A stretch of DNA of 62,374 bases, filler included, from Stramenopiles sp. TOSAG23-3 (taxonomy: Eukaryota): assembly GCA_900128585.1 (NCBI GenBank). It is 3 parts of 3 records of this genome, joined end to end, with 100 filler letters (N's around TTAATTAATTAA, not from the genome) between each part and the next. Parts side by side here need not be neighbours in the genome. Positions count along the whole stretch, not along the records: positions 30,219 to 60,144 come from LT642232.1; positions 60,245 to 62,374 come from LT645047.1; 1 more part is not named here. The stretch is one strand, 5' to 3'. The position numbers and the translations under genes were made by a program. Within the stretch, counting starts at the first letter, position 1, and every line of letters begins with the position of its first letter. Positions 52,413-62,374 of this stretch are shown here, piece after piece. The notes under the pieces are model-generated. The model ran no database searches. It was given only the letters and a program-made list of their open reading frames with translations, and was not told the DNA's origin.

Positions 52413-52925
52413 TTAATGAGTAGTAGTGAAATGCATGGTTACAAATCTGAAAGCGCAATTGATCATCGCAGCCCTTTTTGTGCTGAATTTTGATAGGTGG
52501 TTCTGGGCGCTGGGGGTGATTAGATGTGAGCCAGTATACACATCATCCAATTTGTTACAATCTATGTTGAAAAATATTTGTTCATTTGCATCAATATTGC
52601 AGTCAACCCCAATATATCCAGCCTCACACGAGCAAAACCCATCTCGGCAAATACCTCTTCCACTACATGTAACCCCATGAGTCTTTGGGCATAACTCGTT
52701 CTTGTTAGGATCAGCGCCTATGTTTTTGCCTGCTAAAGTACCCAACTTTTCTACAAAACGGATTCCAGTCTTGCTGTGTTCTTCTCTTTCAGTACGGATT
52801 TGGGAGTTAATCATTTTGAAAGATAAGTAGCTCTGTTTTAATGGAACCACATCACCCGCGGTTAAACAGCTCAAAGAAAAAAGAATTGCCAGAGAAATAT
52901 GGGATTGGGCTAGTACTACTTTCAT
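52413..52925 (-). CDS. Small secreted protein with an EGF-like (tenascin-type) domain
   Basis: Signal peptide MKVVLAQSHISLAILFSLSCLTAG; CPKTHGVTCSGRGICRDGFCSCEAGYIGVDC. Confidence 0.8.
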   Translation of the reverse strand: MKVVLAQSHISLAILFSLSCLTAGDVVPLKQSYLSFKMINSQIRTEREEHSKTGIRFVEKLGTLAGKNIGADPNKNELCPKTHGVTCSGRGICRDGFCSCEAGYIGVDCNIDANEQIFFNIDCNKLDDVYTGSHLITPSAQNHLSKFSTKRAAMINCAFRFVTMHFTTTH

Positions 52926-53226
52926 TTTCAGTTTGCTGAATGGAAAGTCGTGGGTAAGATTTCTGTATTATGAATGCTTTTTGGTGATACAATCAGATTC
53001 TGGCTGGAATTGTTGAGGAGCAAGGAATCATGTTTCCCACTTTATTCTGACATGCAAGAAAGAAAGTTGTTAGTTAGAGCAAATAAATGTTCGGAAAAAG
53101 CTGGTGGCTTGACATTTCATAAAGTGTAACATCTACGTGCTGTGTCAATAGTTGAAAAATTGAAATCACAGTAGTAGTGTACAGTGTTTAATGTAATGGT
53201 CGGAAACAATTTCACTTCTTCTCCTG

Positions 53227-54042
53227 GTGATTGCGTTAAGTCTCACCTTCATGTACACGTATAACAAAGAAAATTCCCCGCCGACTGTTATGTGGGCACT
53301 GTGCTTAATAGCAGCAATTTATGGAAATATTGTTCTATGGGATATTTCATGGATCGAGTCTGATGCAGAATATTCCAGATTAATCCATAATGCTTGCGAG
53401 GACATCGAGAAAGAAAACTCCAAAATGACACTGGAAATGGAAAGGCTACAAAGCAATTGCATAGACCAAAAAATACTTACAACTGTTGCTGCCCAACAAA
53501 CCACAGATATGGCAAAACAAGTAGGACTTGTCGATAGCAATGGGAAGTTATTGAATGAAAACATGAAAAAATTCGAGGGGCTTATGGATTCGCCGTCCTT
53601 TACGGGTTACCACATTCGTGTTAAAAGAGTGAGTACAATCCAGGAAGAGAGTAATTATACGGATACTCGTGATAATTACTACAACGACATGATTCGGGCA
53701 TTTAAATCTGCAACATGTGGTGGGGATAAATCTACTTTATCCTTGGATAATAACAGAATACGAAAACGTCTAAAAGCAGCTTTTAAAGATTACAACAATA
53801 AATGCGAAAATTGTTATTCAGAACGAATCGATGTTGACAAGCTTTCGAGTATGGATAGTGATGGTGATTCAAATGTAGCTTTGTGGGAATTTGCAGTTGG
53901 GATATACAAAAATGTATTGCAGCGCAAAATCGGGGCTGAAGGACAACAAATTAAAGACTTGGAGAGCAGTTGTACCCTGATGAGGGAGAGAATTCGTGCA
54001 ATTGAAAAGCACTTGTCCCATTTTGCTAGCAAAGGTATGTAA
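53227..54042 (+). CDS. Membrane protein with coiled coils and an EF-hand; true 5' end uncertain
   Basis: Hydrophobic N-terminal segments; EF-hand loop DSDGDSNVALWE; frame is open from 53197, first ATG at 53251. Confidence 0.7.
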   Translation: MIALSLTFMYTYNKENSPPTVMWALCLIAAIYGNIVLWDISWIESDAEYSRLIHNACEDIEKENSKMTLEMERLQSNCIDQKILTTVAAQQTTDMAKQVGLVDSNGKLLNENMKKFEGLMDSPSFTGYHIRVKRVSTIQEESNYTDTRDNYYNDMIRAFKSATCGGDKSTLSLDNNRIRKRLKAAFKDYNNKCENCYSERIDVDKLSSMDSDGDSNVALWEFAVGIYKNVLQRKIGAEGQQIKDLESSCTLMRERIRAIEKHLSHFASKGM

Positions 54043-54082
54043 GTGTCTTTCTCTACGAAGCACTTGCTAAATCATACGATAA

Positions 54083-55030
54083 AGTAAATGTTTCCATTTG
54101 ACACAGTAATTGTTTTCATTGAATTGTAAACCACTCAACATATTAAAAAGAAAAATTGGCTGTTATTTAAGTAATTTTTTAAAAACAAGAAAATTGGCTG
54201 TTATTTTATAGTAATTAAAATTAAAGAAAAAAGAAGGTGTCAGTTCAAGAACAATATCNNNNNNNNNNNNNNNNNNNNNNNNNNNNNNNNNNNNNNNNNN
54301 NNNNNNNNNNNNNNNNNNNNNNNNNNNNNNNNNNNNNNNNNNNNNNNNNNNNNNNNNNNNNNNNNNNNNNNNNNNNNNNNNNNNNNNNNNNNNNNNNNNN
54401 NNNNNNNNNNNNNNNNNNNNNNTCCAGGACATATTCGTATGTCTCTCCCAAGTTCTGGTCAAGATTCCAACTGGCAAGTAAACAGCGGCATAAATGTTTT
54501 TTGAATGGCTCGTTGTCTGTTGTACTGCTCTAAGAAATAATGATCGGTATTGAGTTTGATAGTTTCGTGTTCGTATACACATACAGATGTAATTTTTTAA
54601 AGCAAGAAAATTGGCTGTTATTTTAGTAATTAAAATTAATGTACTGCGAACTGAACGAACTTTAAGTAATTAAAATTTAGCTTTCTCATGTACCGCGAAA
54701 ATATTAAGTAGAACAAAAAAATTGGCTGTTATTTAAGTAATTAAAATATATGTACTGCGAACTGAACTCTACTGGTGTGATTTTAGTAATCAATATATCC
54801 TTGTCACTTAGTCTTGACTATCATCTTCATATGTACTCTATGCATGATCCGAATCGGTGAGTGAAAACGCGTTAACGCCATAAGACCCATAATCAACTTC
54901 CTCATCCAATATCTCACTCATAGATGAATCATTCCTTGTGTGGTTTTCCAAGCAGCGGCGTGAATGTTTTAAAGTTGCTCATTGTCTGTTGTCATATCAA
55001 TTAAAAACAAGAAATGGCTGTTATTTAAGT
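54083..55030. repeat. R2 repeat cluster spanning a 164-N scaffold gap (54259-54422)
   Basis: Multiple aaattggctgttatt and gtactgcgaactg units; ttcaagaacaatatc before the gap and aagttctggtcaagattccaa after it. Confidence 0.88.
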
Positions 55031-55892
55031 ATGAATAGTTGAAATTTATCGTCTTTATATTACTGCGACTTATCTCTGCTCCAACCGGGTTATTCTAATT
55101 GACCTCTCTAAGATACGCGAAACTTCATTCACGATATTATCTTCATTAAAATCAACTTCTTCCTAATCTGCCGAAAGACCGATAATTTCACTAATTTGCG
55201 AACCTGCTGAATCATCCAATCCATGATTACCAAATGCCGATCCTGGTACCGCAGATGAAAATCACAAGCGAAAACGAAATAGTTCAGGTGTACCGCATTA
55301 CATTGTGACACACGGTAAAAAGAAGTGCCTTCTATTATTTCATGGAAAAAGAAACGTATTTTCAACAATATTAGAAACTCATTATTTACCTGCTGATATC
55401 GTGATTTATACCACAAAAAAAATAACAATGCAAGATACAAAACAAAAAGCTTCGAGAAAGGGGAATTTTGAAGAGTATATATTACGTAAGTGCATCTTTT
55501 GAATTTATATTTTACATTTCATACATTGGAGTAAAATTTCCTGTGGTGCATATAGGCGAAACGAAACTGATGTTACAAATACTGTTATATAGAATATAAA
55601 ATACTTGTCGGACAATGTACCACTAACTAAACTTGGATTTTATACTCAATTAATTTGTTGCGCCTGATCATGCATGGTTTTAAGGCAGAACAGACAGACA
55701 CTGTTTTTGCTCCAATAAGTACGAATTAGAATTCATTATTGTTCTTTTCACAATCAGGCGAAAGTTGGTTAATGTATATCACAAGTAAAAAATAGGAAAT
55801 ACCAATACACCATAAGGGTGATTTTTAACGAATACAGGGAATTAGCAGAGAGGTGTTTTATTTTATTTTCACTATACTATACCAATTTATAT

Positions 55893-56349
55893 ACGTTTTG
55901 TACTTGTCCGGTTTTGTGTCCAGAGGGGTGTGTATGTGTGTGAACTTTTTTTTAATTAAAAAACTAGCAGGTAGTTAGTGTTACACAAAATAACATTGAA
56001 TAACAAGGAAAATGGCGAAAACACTTATTATTTTCCCTACCAAAAAAAGTTCTTTTTTATTTTCACTCTACGCATTTATTGTTACAAGTACAATATTTAA
56101 AGTTTTTGCGATAAAATTCAATGATTTTTTGTACTTGAAACAATATGTGCTATATGAATGCGTAAAGTGAAAATAAAAGAGAACTTTTTTTGGTTAAAAT
56201 AATAAGTTTCCCCGTCATTTTCTTTGTTATTCAATCTTATTTGTGTAACACTAACTCCCTGCTAGTTTTTTAATTAAAAAAAAGTTCACACACATACACC
56301 CCACACACATACACCCCTCTGGACACAAAATCGCACAAGTACAATACGT
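55893..56349. mobile_element. MITE/fold-back element, nearly fully palindromic (~457 bp)
   Basis: 55893-56076 pairs with 56157-56349, with extra pairing caagtacaa / ttgtacttg inside the loop; partial copies at 38849 and 51422 both begin TACTTGTC. Confidence 0.9.
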
Positions 56350-56734
56350 TAATTGAAGATGATGTTTTTTGTATTTGTAATATTTACCTATACAAAACTA
56401 CAGTATTTCATCAATCTTTTTCACCTTAACTTCCCTAAAATCACAAGTTGTGTGAAATTATTACACACTGAATAATAATATAACAAGACATCAGTCTATT
56501 TAAAATCATCGGCAGACACCAATAGAAAGTAATGTACTGTGTCGAATGTTGGCACGCCATCCAACCGAATGTTCGCGAAATGTTGCCCGAAGGCGCCCAC
56601 CGCTCCCTCCCACATGCGCTGAACGAGAACGCAGGACACGTAATAAGTCTATCGCAGTAACACCTTTGGAAACGTGCTTTCTCTAGGGACACAAAACTAG
56701 TTCCTTTGGCTGCCTCATAATAGCTCTGTTAGAA

Positions 56735-58408
56735 ATGGCCGGCGAAAGTGAAGATGACTGGCTTTTTGACTATCTCATGGAAACCTTTCATTCTCCTTCG
56801 TGGGAGGTGCCTGTCATGGCATTTATCGACGAAAATTGTGTTATATTTGACAATGATGAAGAGAATAAATTTGTTTACTCAGAAAAGCATCATGAATTTT
56901 GTCACTTGATCGACAACTTGCTCGGTGCACACCTGTCTGAAGTAGGTGTTTCAGAAGAACAGTTTGCTAAAGTGATCGAGTTTGGATATCAAAAACGGGA
57001 TATAAACCGGAAAGTTTTCGATCAAATAATCGCATGCGATGACTTTTTGACATTCAAAAAGATGATGGTTAAAAGAAATATCCAGCTTGAGTTAGAAGTT
57101 GTCCAGGCGATGCAAAACTCACGCAAACACTTAGGTCAAAGTGGGGCGCAGAAACAATTTCAAGAAGGAAGAAAATACGATGAAAGCTCACAACAGTACG
57201 AAGGGAAGAATTGTTCAACCAATCTGGAAACTGTGAGCGAAAGCAATGTTGAATTAGGAAAAGAAGAAGCAACGCAATTAAAAGCGGCCATGGAAGCTAA
57301 CCTGATAGAAATGCAAGTATATGCAAAGCAAATGGAGCTGGAACAGGCCGAGTTAGAAAAAGCGTTAGCGATTTCTTTGAAATTGGAGGAGGAACGATTG
57401 TACCGACTGAAAGAAATGAAGGAGCAGCAAGAAACCACAGAGCTCTTGAATAAAACAGAAGGGCTCTCCAAACTAAAAGTGTCGATAAAAGACGAATCAG
57501 CTGGGGATCCAGTACTACGAGAGGAACAGAAAAAACAGGAAACCGATGGTCTTGGAGCTGGCAGTTCTGGTAGTAAACACACCATTTTCAAAAAAAGTAA
57601 TGTTGGCAGCTTGGGTGCAGAGAATTCGGAAAACATCAAGGCAGATGTCGGCCATGATTTTACGAAGTGCCAAAAAGAATTAAAGCCAATTGTACCAGGT
57701 AGAAATTGTGAGTCGATGAAAAGATTAAGAAGCGACGATCTGATTGCACTTAATAAAATGCCCTCTCTTAGTGAATTTCAGAGGAGGAAAGATGCCGCTT
57801 TAACCGAATTCAAGAAAAACAAAGAGGAATTGGAAAAACGTAAAGCGGACCAGGATGAGTTGGAGAGACAGTCAAACTTTACGCAAAATGAAATCGAACG
57901 TCGTGCTGCGTACCTACGCAAGCAGAGAGAAATTTTGTTACTGAAAAAGAAAACAGAGCGGGAGCGAAAACTTCGAGATTATGAAGGAAAGAGAAGACAT
58001 GACTCACCATCCCAGAAAGAAGCATTTTTGCAATCTAATCAGAAGCTTAAAGGGATTAAAAGAGATGGATTGGCAAAAAAAAAAGTCGATGGAAACCCTG
58101 GTAATGTTGATTCAGAGGCTCAGAAAAAACGACGGCAAATGGCGATGCAATTAGGGCTGCAAATGAAAAAGGAAATGCTGGATGAGGAAGACTCGAAAAA
58201 TAGCCTTCGCCAAGTCGAGCAGTTTTCTGTATTAGATGAGCAGTTGAGGCAGGCAGAAAAAATGCGCCAAGAAAGGCGACAGCAACACAGTGATCAGCTC
58301 GATAGAATTCGCCAAGATAAGCTGATACGGGCAATGAATATCCAAAGCTCTTCATTTGCAAACAGGGTTATGCACTCATCTGATGAGTTCTCATTTAAAG
58401 AACAGTGA
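56735..58408 (+). CDS. CFAP36: Cilia- and flagella-associated protein 36 (CCDC104/BARTL1)
   Basis: N-terminal BART domain DWLFDY..SPSWEVPVMAFIDENCVIFDNDEENKF..FLTFKKMMVKRNIQLE; C-terminal EIERRAAYLRKQREILL coiled coil. Confidence 0.93.
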   Translation: MAGESEDDWLFDYLMETFHSPSWEVPVMAFIDENCVIFDNDEENKFVYSEKHHEFCHLIDNLLGAHLSEVGVSEEQFAKVIEFGYQKRDINRKVFDQIIACDDFLTFKKMMVKRNIQLELEVVQAMQNSRKHLGQSGAQKQFQEGRKYDESSQQYEGKNCSTNLETVSESNVELGKEEATQLKAAMEANLIEMQVYAKQMELEQAELEKALAISLKLEEERLYRLKEMKEQQETTELLNKTEGLSKLKVSIKDESAGDPVLREEQKKQETDGLGAGSSGSKHTIFKKSNVGSLGAENSENIKADVGHDFTKCQKELKPIVPGRNCESMKRLRSDDLIALNKMPSLSEFQRRKDAALTEFKKNKEELEKRKADQDELERQSNFTQNEIERRAAYLRKQREILLLKKKTERERKLRDYEGKRRHDSPSQKEAFLQSNQKLKGIKRDGLAKKKVDGNPGNVDSEAQKKRRQMAMQLGLQMKKEMLDEEDSKNSLRQVEQFSVLDEQLRQAEKMRQERRQQHSDQLDRIRQDKLIRAMNIQSSSFANRVMHSSDEFSFKEQ

Positions 58409-58524
58409 ATTAATCCAAAGAACAGTAAGTACTTCCTATGCGTCACGCATGGAGTACATCTGAGAATGATAGTCAAGACTAAGTGACAAGAAGGATATTG
58501 AGTTAGAATGGATAAAAGGATTCA

Positions 58525-58745
58525 TTTTCGTGGTACATGAGGAAGATAAATTTTAATTACCTACACAACAGCCAATTATTGTTTTCTCTAAAAAATATGA
58601 ATTAAGTGTATTTTTTTTTCATTTGATTGTAAACCACTCAGCTTCTTGATTTCCTTCTCCATTTTCTTCCTGCCTCCGTTTCGAGTTTCTTGATGTCGCT
58701 TTTTGTTTTGTTTTCTTGTTGTTTCTTTTCTTTTATCTTTTTCGA
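58525..58745. repeat. R2 repeat modules directly upstream of the helicase remnant
   Basis: ttttaattac..acagccaatt and ttcatttgattgtaaaccactca modules; 58678-58745 matches the reverse complement of about 35690-35757. Confidence 0.75.
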
Positions 58746-58866
58746 TGGATCTGCACAAAACACATCGCATGGAGCAAAGTACTCAACAAAAAAAAAGTAT
58801 TCATATTAACTTTAGATAAAAAAACAAATTATATATGCATCGGTTGACTTAACAATACGACAGGAC

Positions 58867-59873
58867 TTGTTTCGTAAAACAAAAGTTGTTTTAGTAGATG
58901 AATTTTCTATGTGGGGCAAAAAACTCTTTGGACACTACGTTGGAAGATGCAATGAACTCTTTAATGATGGTGTTCATGACGAGAACAACAACGGCGAATT
59001 TTTTGGTGGAGTTCCAATGACTATTTTTACTGGTGGTGGGAAACAGCTACAACCGGTATTGGATACTGCCCCATATGCATGCGAAGATAATACTGCTTCG
59101 TCTTTTAAACTTGTGGGGAAACTAGCGTATGACTCAATAAGACATCACTATATTTTAGATGAATCTGTAAGGCAAGTGCAAGACAGGCGTTTTATAGAAG
59201 CTTGTGATGGCAATATAAGTGAAGATAAATATACCGAGTGGAATAAACGAACACTGCTACAAACACGTAAAACTTTTGAGAGTCTACTACGCAGTGACAA
59301 AGCCTCGTTTCTAACACCGACAAATGCACGAAAAGATAAGATTCTAGCAAAGTTTATAAGAAGTGCTTCCAATGTTGTAACTTACCGCAGTGAAGCCAAT
59401 AGTATTGCTTAATTGGAAAATTCAATATGTTTTCAAATGATTTTAAACACTGGCGCAATGGATTTCCCTTACAGGTGGGAAAAGCAGACACAATTCATAG
59501 TAGTCAAGGCATTACTGCAGGTGAAGACGAACAGATTTCAGACATAGTAATCGAAGGCTGGGAAATTAAATGGGAAAATCGATGGCCTGGCTGTTTCTAT
59601 GTTGCCGTTAGCCGGGTAAAGGAACGACACAACTTGTTTTTTTCAACTCCGCTAGATGGAAGATCACTTGCTAGTATTGGCAAGTCAAAGGTTTTTAAGT
59701 TGATTCACGTAGAGGAACAAAAAATAAAAGATGCAGCTTTCAACAAAAGAACGGCTGATGTACAGGCAGAATGTGGTACGAAGGAACAGTTTACTGCGTT
59801 GTTGTCTGAATTTTGTAACATTGTCAATAACAAATGGAAAGGTAAAAATAATGATGTGTCAAAAACCATGTAA
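58867..59873 (+). pseudogene. Disrupted PIF1-family (SF1B) helicase, possibly a rolling-circle transposon remnant
   Basis: Motif II VLVDEFSM, FGG..TGGGKQLQPV (motif III, GD changed to GG), SVRQ (motif IV), FPLQVGKADTIHSSQGIT (motif V), YVAVSRV (motif VI); no Walker A; two ORFs in different frames (58867-59412, 59427-59873). Confidence 0.85.
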
Positions 59874-60144
59874 ATATGTAACAGTATTTATTAATAATTG
59901 ACCTTGAGAGTCTTAAAGCATACTATCATTAGATTTTTTAAAAATAATTGACCATCTAGTTTCCTATATGGTACTTCTTTTGGCCCAACAATACCAATTC
60001 ATGCTATCAAATTTCTGACTTTCATGAAAAATGTACTGAAACACTACAGTTGTATCACACACGGTCTGTTACGATATCACGGTGTGAGATCTGGGAATTA
60101 AGGGACGCGTGCTAGTAGCTGACAACGTTCCTCCAGTTTAGTAC

Positions 60145-60244
60145 NNNNNNNNNNNNNNNNNNNNNNNNNNNNNNNNNNNNNNNNNNNNTTAATTAATTAA
60201 NNNNNNNNNNNNNNNNNNNNNNNNNNNNNNNNNNNNNNNNNNNN
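60145..60244. other. Artificial contig-joining linker
   Basis: N44-TTAATTAATTAA-N44. Confidence 0.97.
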
Positions 60245-62119
60245 AACGACGATATCGAAGGCGGCGAGGAAGAAAGTTGGGGGGAGCTCCCCGCAGAAGA
60301 GGGCGTTTTCCCAGCGGCACAGCCACCCCCCACCGCGCTCTTTTCTGGTCAGCAGGGCGGGCAAACAGAACCCGAGGATGACGAGGAATTCGACAGCGTC
60401 GACGAGGAAGACGACACCGACGAGGAGCGAGGTCGTCGGCAACCGTCGGCCAGCTTGTCAGGCCTGCGCATAAAAAAGAGTGGCAAGCGGGGCGACCAGC
60501 GCCGAAAGAAGTCTCCGTTGATACAGAAGCGTTTCTCAGGGCAGAGGCGGGAAAACAAGATTAAGAAGAACATAAATGCCGTCCGCCACGAAAAAGCCGA
60601 AACCCACATTCCAGACCACGTGCTGGAGCGCATAAAGCGGTTGGAGCAGGAGAACGAAGCGTTGAAAGCTGAAGTAGACAAAGTAAAAAAGCAGCGAAAA
60701 ATGATGGAAAGGACCGTGTCGTCGTTGCGGAAAGAGCGGGCGGAGCTTGAACGATTTACGGTAGAAGAGAAGGAAAGGATGCAGGAATGGAAGCGCAAGG
60801 AGGAGAAGCGAATCAAAGCAGAGCGGCGAGTTTTGGAACGGCAGGCCCGGGCGCAGTACCAAGTCCCCAATAGAAAAGACAGGGCGGAAATTGACGCATT
60901 GAAGGCGACCGTCACGAAGCTAAAGCTTGACGTACAGAAGAAAGACAGCAAGAATAGATTGAACCAGAAGCGTTTGAAAGACCGAAACAGTCAACTGAAT
61001 TCCCAGATCGAGGAGCTTGAGGAAGAGTTACGGTACGCTCAAGAACAGGTCCTGTCCAACCGCTGGGACGATGAGAAGTTGAAGAGCAGGAACGGCAACG
61101 GTGGGACAAGCAGCGGCGGGGCCAGGGCGGCGCCGCGCCAGCCAGCGAACACAAACGAACGAAACAGCTTTGGCTCGGCAAAAAGGCTCGATTCCACCAG
61201 TAACCAAACCCAGCTAGAGTTTAGCCTCAAGGGAGGTCCGCAAAACGACAACGGGAGTGACTCGCAAAGTTTCAACGGCTGGGAAGACAATATGCCCGTG
61301 CAGACCAGTGCGGAAAAAAGGCCGCAGCCTGACAGCAGTAGCTATGCGTTCCCCGACGACGAACAAACCGCAAACACGCACGGCCATAAAAATGAAATGT
61401 TTGGCAGGGATGGCGACGCGTTTTCAGACTCCGAAGATTACCCGGAGCTAGGCCACAGCGTGCACTCGAATTTACGCGGCAGCCACGAGGCGAGCAGACG
61501 GATCGCGAGCTCTCCAGTGAACGCCTCCCCGAACCCAAAGCACACCACTAGAAATTACAACCCCAAACTGTATAAGGGACCGGGTAAAGCGGAGACTGAC
61601 GAGCGAAAGCGCACCGAGAAACCGAAATCTAGAATTCCCGTGGCATCGCGTACGAAGAAAGGCCTCGTGACGCGAAAATTCAAACAGCGCGCTGGTGGCA
61701 GGGACGAAGAAGAGGACGCCGAAGTGATCGAGTACGCCGACGGCAAAAGGGAAAAACGGTTTCCGGACGGGCGACGGTACATTTGGTTCCGCAATGGGAC
61801 CGAAAAGGAGGTAAAACCGGACGGTTCGTCCTGCGTAAAATTTGCGAACGGAGACACGAAAAAACTGGATTCAAAGACTGGCACCATAGTGTATTTTTAC
61901 TCAACCGCAAAGACGACTCACACCACGTTTGCAGATGGCCTGGAAGTGTTCGAGTTTCCGAACCAGCAAAAGGAGAAGCATTTTCCCGACGGATCCAAAG
62001 AAATCGAGTTCACTGACGGCACAAGAAAGTACATCTACCCCGACGGGCAACAGCTCAGCATTTTCCCAGACGGCACTCAAATGATGGAAAGCAGCGATGG
62101 GAAGAAGAAAGTATTGTAA
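60245..62119 (+). CDS. CENPJ: Centromere protein J / SAS-4 / CPAP, 5'-partial
   Basis: Frame open from the contig edge at 60245; coiled coil with ERRVLERQ..PNRKDRAEIDALK; C-terminal Tcp10/G-box repeats (FRNGTEKEV, FANGDTKK, YFYSTAKTTHTT, FPNQQKEKHFPDGSKEI). Confidence 0.95.
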   Translation, partial: NDDIEGGEEESWGELPAEEGVFPAAQPPPTALFSGQQGGQTEPEDDEEFDSVDEEDDTDEERGRRQPSASLSGLRIKKSGKRGDQRRKKSPLIQKRFSGQRRENKIKKNINAVRHEKAETHIPDHVLERIKRLEQENEALKAEVDKVKKQRKMMERTVSSLRKERAELERFTVEEKERMQEWKRKEEKRIKAERRVLERQARAQYQVPNRKDRAEIDALKATVTKLKLDVQKKDSKNRLNQKRLKDRNSQLNSQIEELEEELRYAQEQVLSNRWDDEKLKSRNGNGGTSSGGARAAPRQPANTNERNSFGSAKRLDSTSNQTQLEFSLKGGPQNDNGSDSQSFNGWEDNMPVQTSAEKRPQPDSSSYAFPDDEQTANTHGHKNEMFGRDGDAFSDSEDYPELGHSVHSNLRGSHEASRRIASSPVNASPNPKHTTRNYNPKLYKGPGKAETDERKRTEKPKSRIPVASRTKKGLVTRKFKQRAGGRDEEEDAEVIEYADGKREKRFPDGRRYIWFRNGTEKEVKPDGSSCVKFANGDTKKLDSKTGTIVYFYSTAKTTHTTFADGLEVFEFPNQQKEKHFPDGSKEIEFTDGTRKYIYPDGQQLSIFPDGTQMMESSDGKKKVL

Positions 62120-62159
62120 ACTTTTAGCGCGCGTGAAGAATACATTTTTTCGTATGATA

Positions 62160-62374
62160 TTTTAAGACATAAAAAAACAAATTATATAATTCATTATCAT
62201 AGTTTTTTTTATATCTCTCAATTGATAGTATCATATCATATATGTTTTAAAACTCTCATTTTGTATCAATTTAAGACATAATAACAAATTATATAATAGT
62301 ATGTTTTAAGTCAAAAAAGAAAAGAAAAAAGAAGGTAAAACCGTTCAAGAACCCAAACTCCTCCTTGTTCCAGA
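62160..62374 (+). repeat. Short direct duplication plus a degenerate R2 module at the window end
   Basis: tttaagacata..aacaaattatataat at about 62160 and 62270; gttcaagaac..ctcctcc at 62343-62364. Confidence 0.55.

Noticed and set aside
60051-60116. Possible Helitron 3' end (weak hairpin, then CTAG-T at 60112-60116) downstream of the helicase remnant
   Set aside because: The hairpin pairs over only about 6 bp and is not at the canonical distance; cannot be supported without other copies

Overview
Eukaryotic (protist) nuclear DNA with essentially intron-less genes separated by very AT-rich spacers. The gene content (CFAP36, CENPJ/SAS-4, AP-5 sigma, Mei2-like, organellar LeuRS) points to a flagellated protist, possibly a stramenopile; this is inference only. 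The window is three separate contigs joined by artificial N44-TTAATTAATTAA-N44 linkers (30119-30218 and 60145-60244), so gene order across the linkers means nothing. Contig 1 (1-30118) is gene-dense, with long (GAA/TTC)n tracts in the spacers. Its main feature is a ~1980-codon, four-repeat cyclic-nucleotide-binding K+ channel (CNGK/tetraKCNG-like), split by one frame break. Contig 2 (30219-60144) is gene-poorer and repeat-rich. It holds a 1444-aa mosaic type-II membrane protein (two degenerate LicD/fukutin-like domains, two LysM, two Cys-rich repeats, one Tudor/SH3-like module), a miniaturised COG1-like gene, a CPBP protease, a Mei2-like RRM protein and CFAP36. It also has a truncated NIPA gene, a broken PIF1-type helicase, several 340-830 bp fold-back palindromes and a modular dispersed repeat family. 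Contig 3 (60245-62374) is the 3' part of CENPJ/SAS-4. All assignments come from motif recognition by eye; no searches were run.
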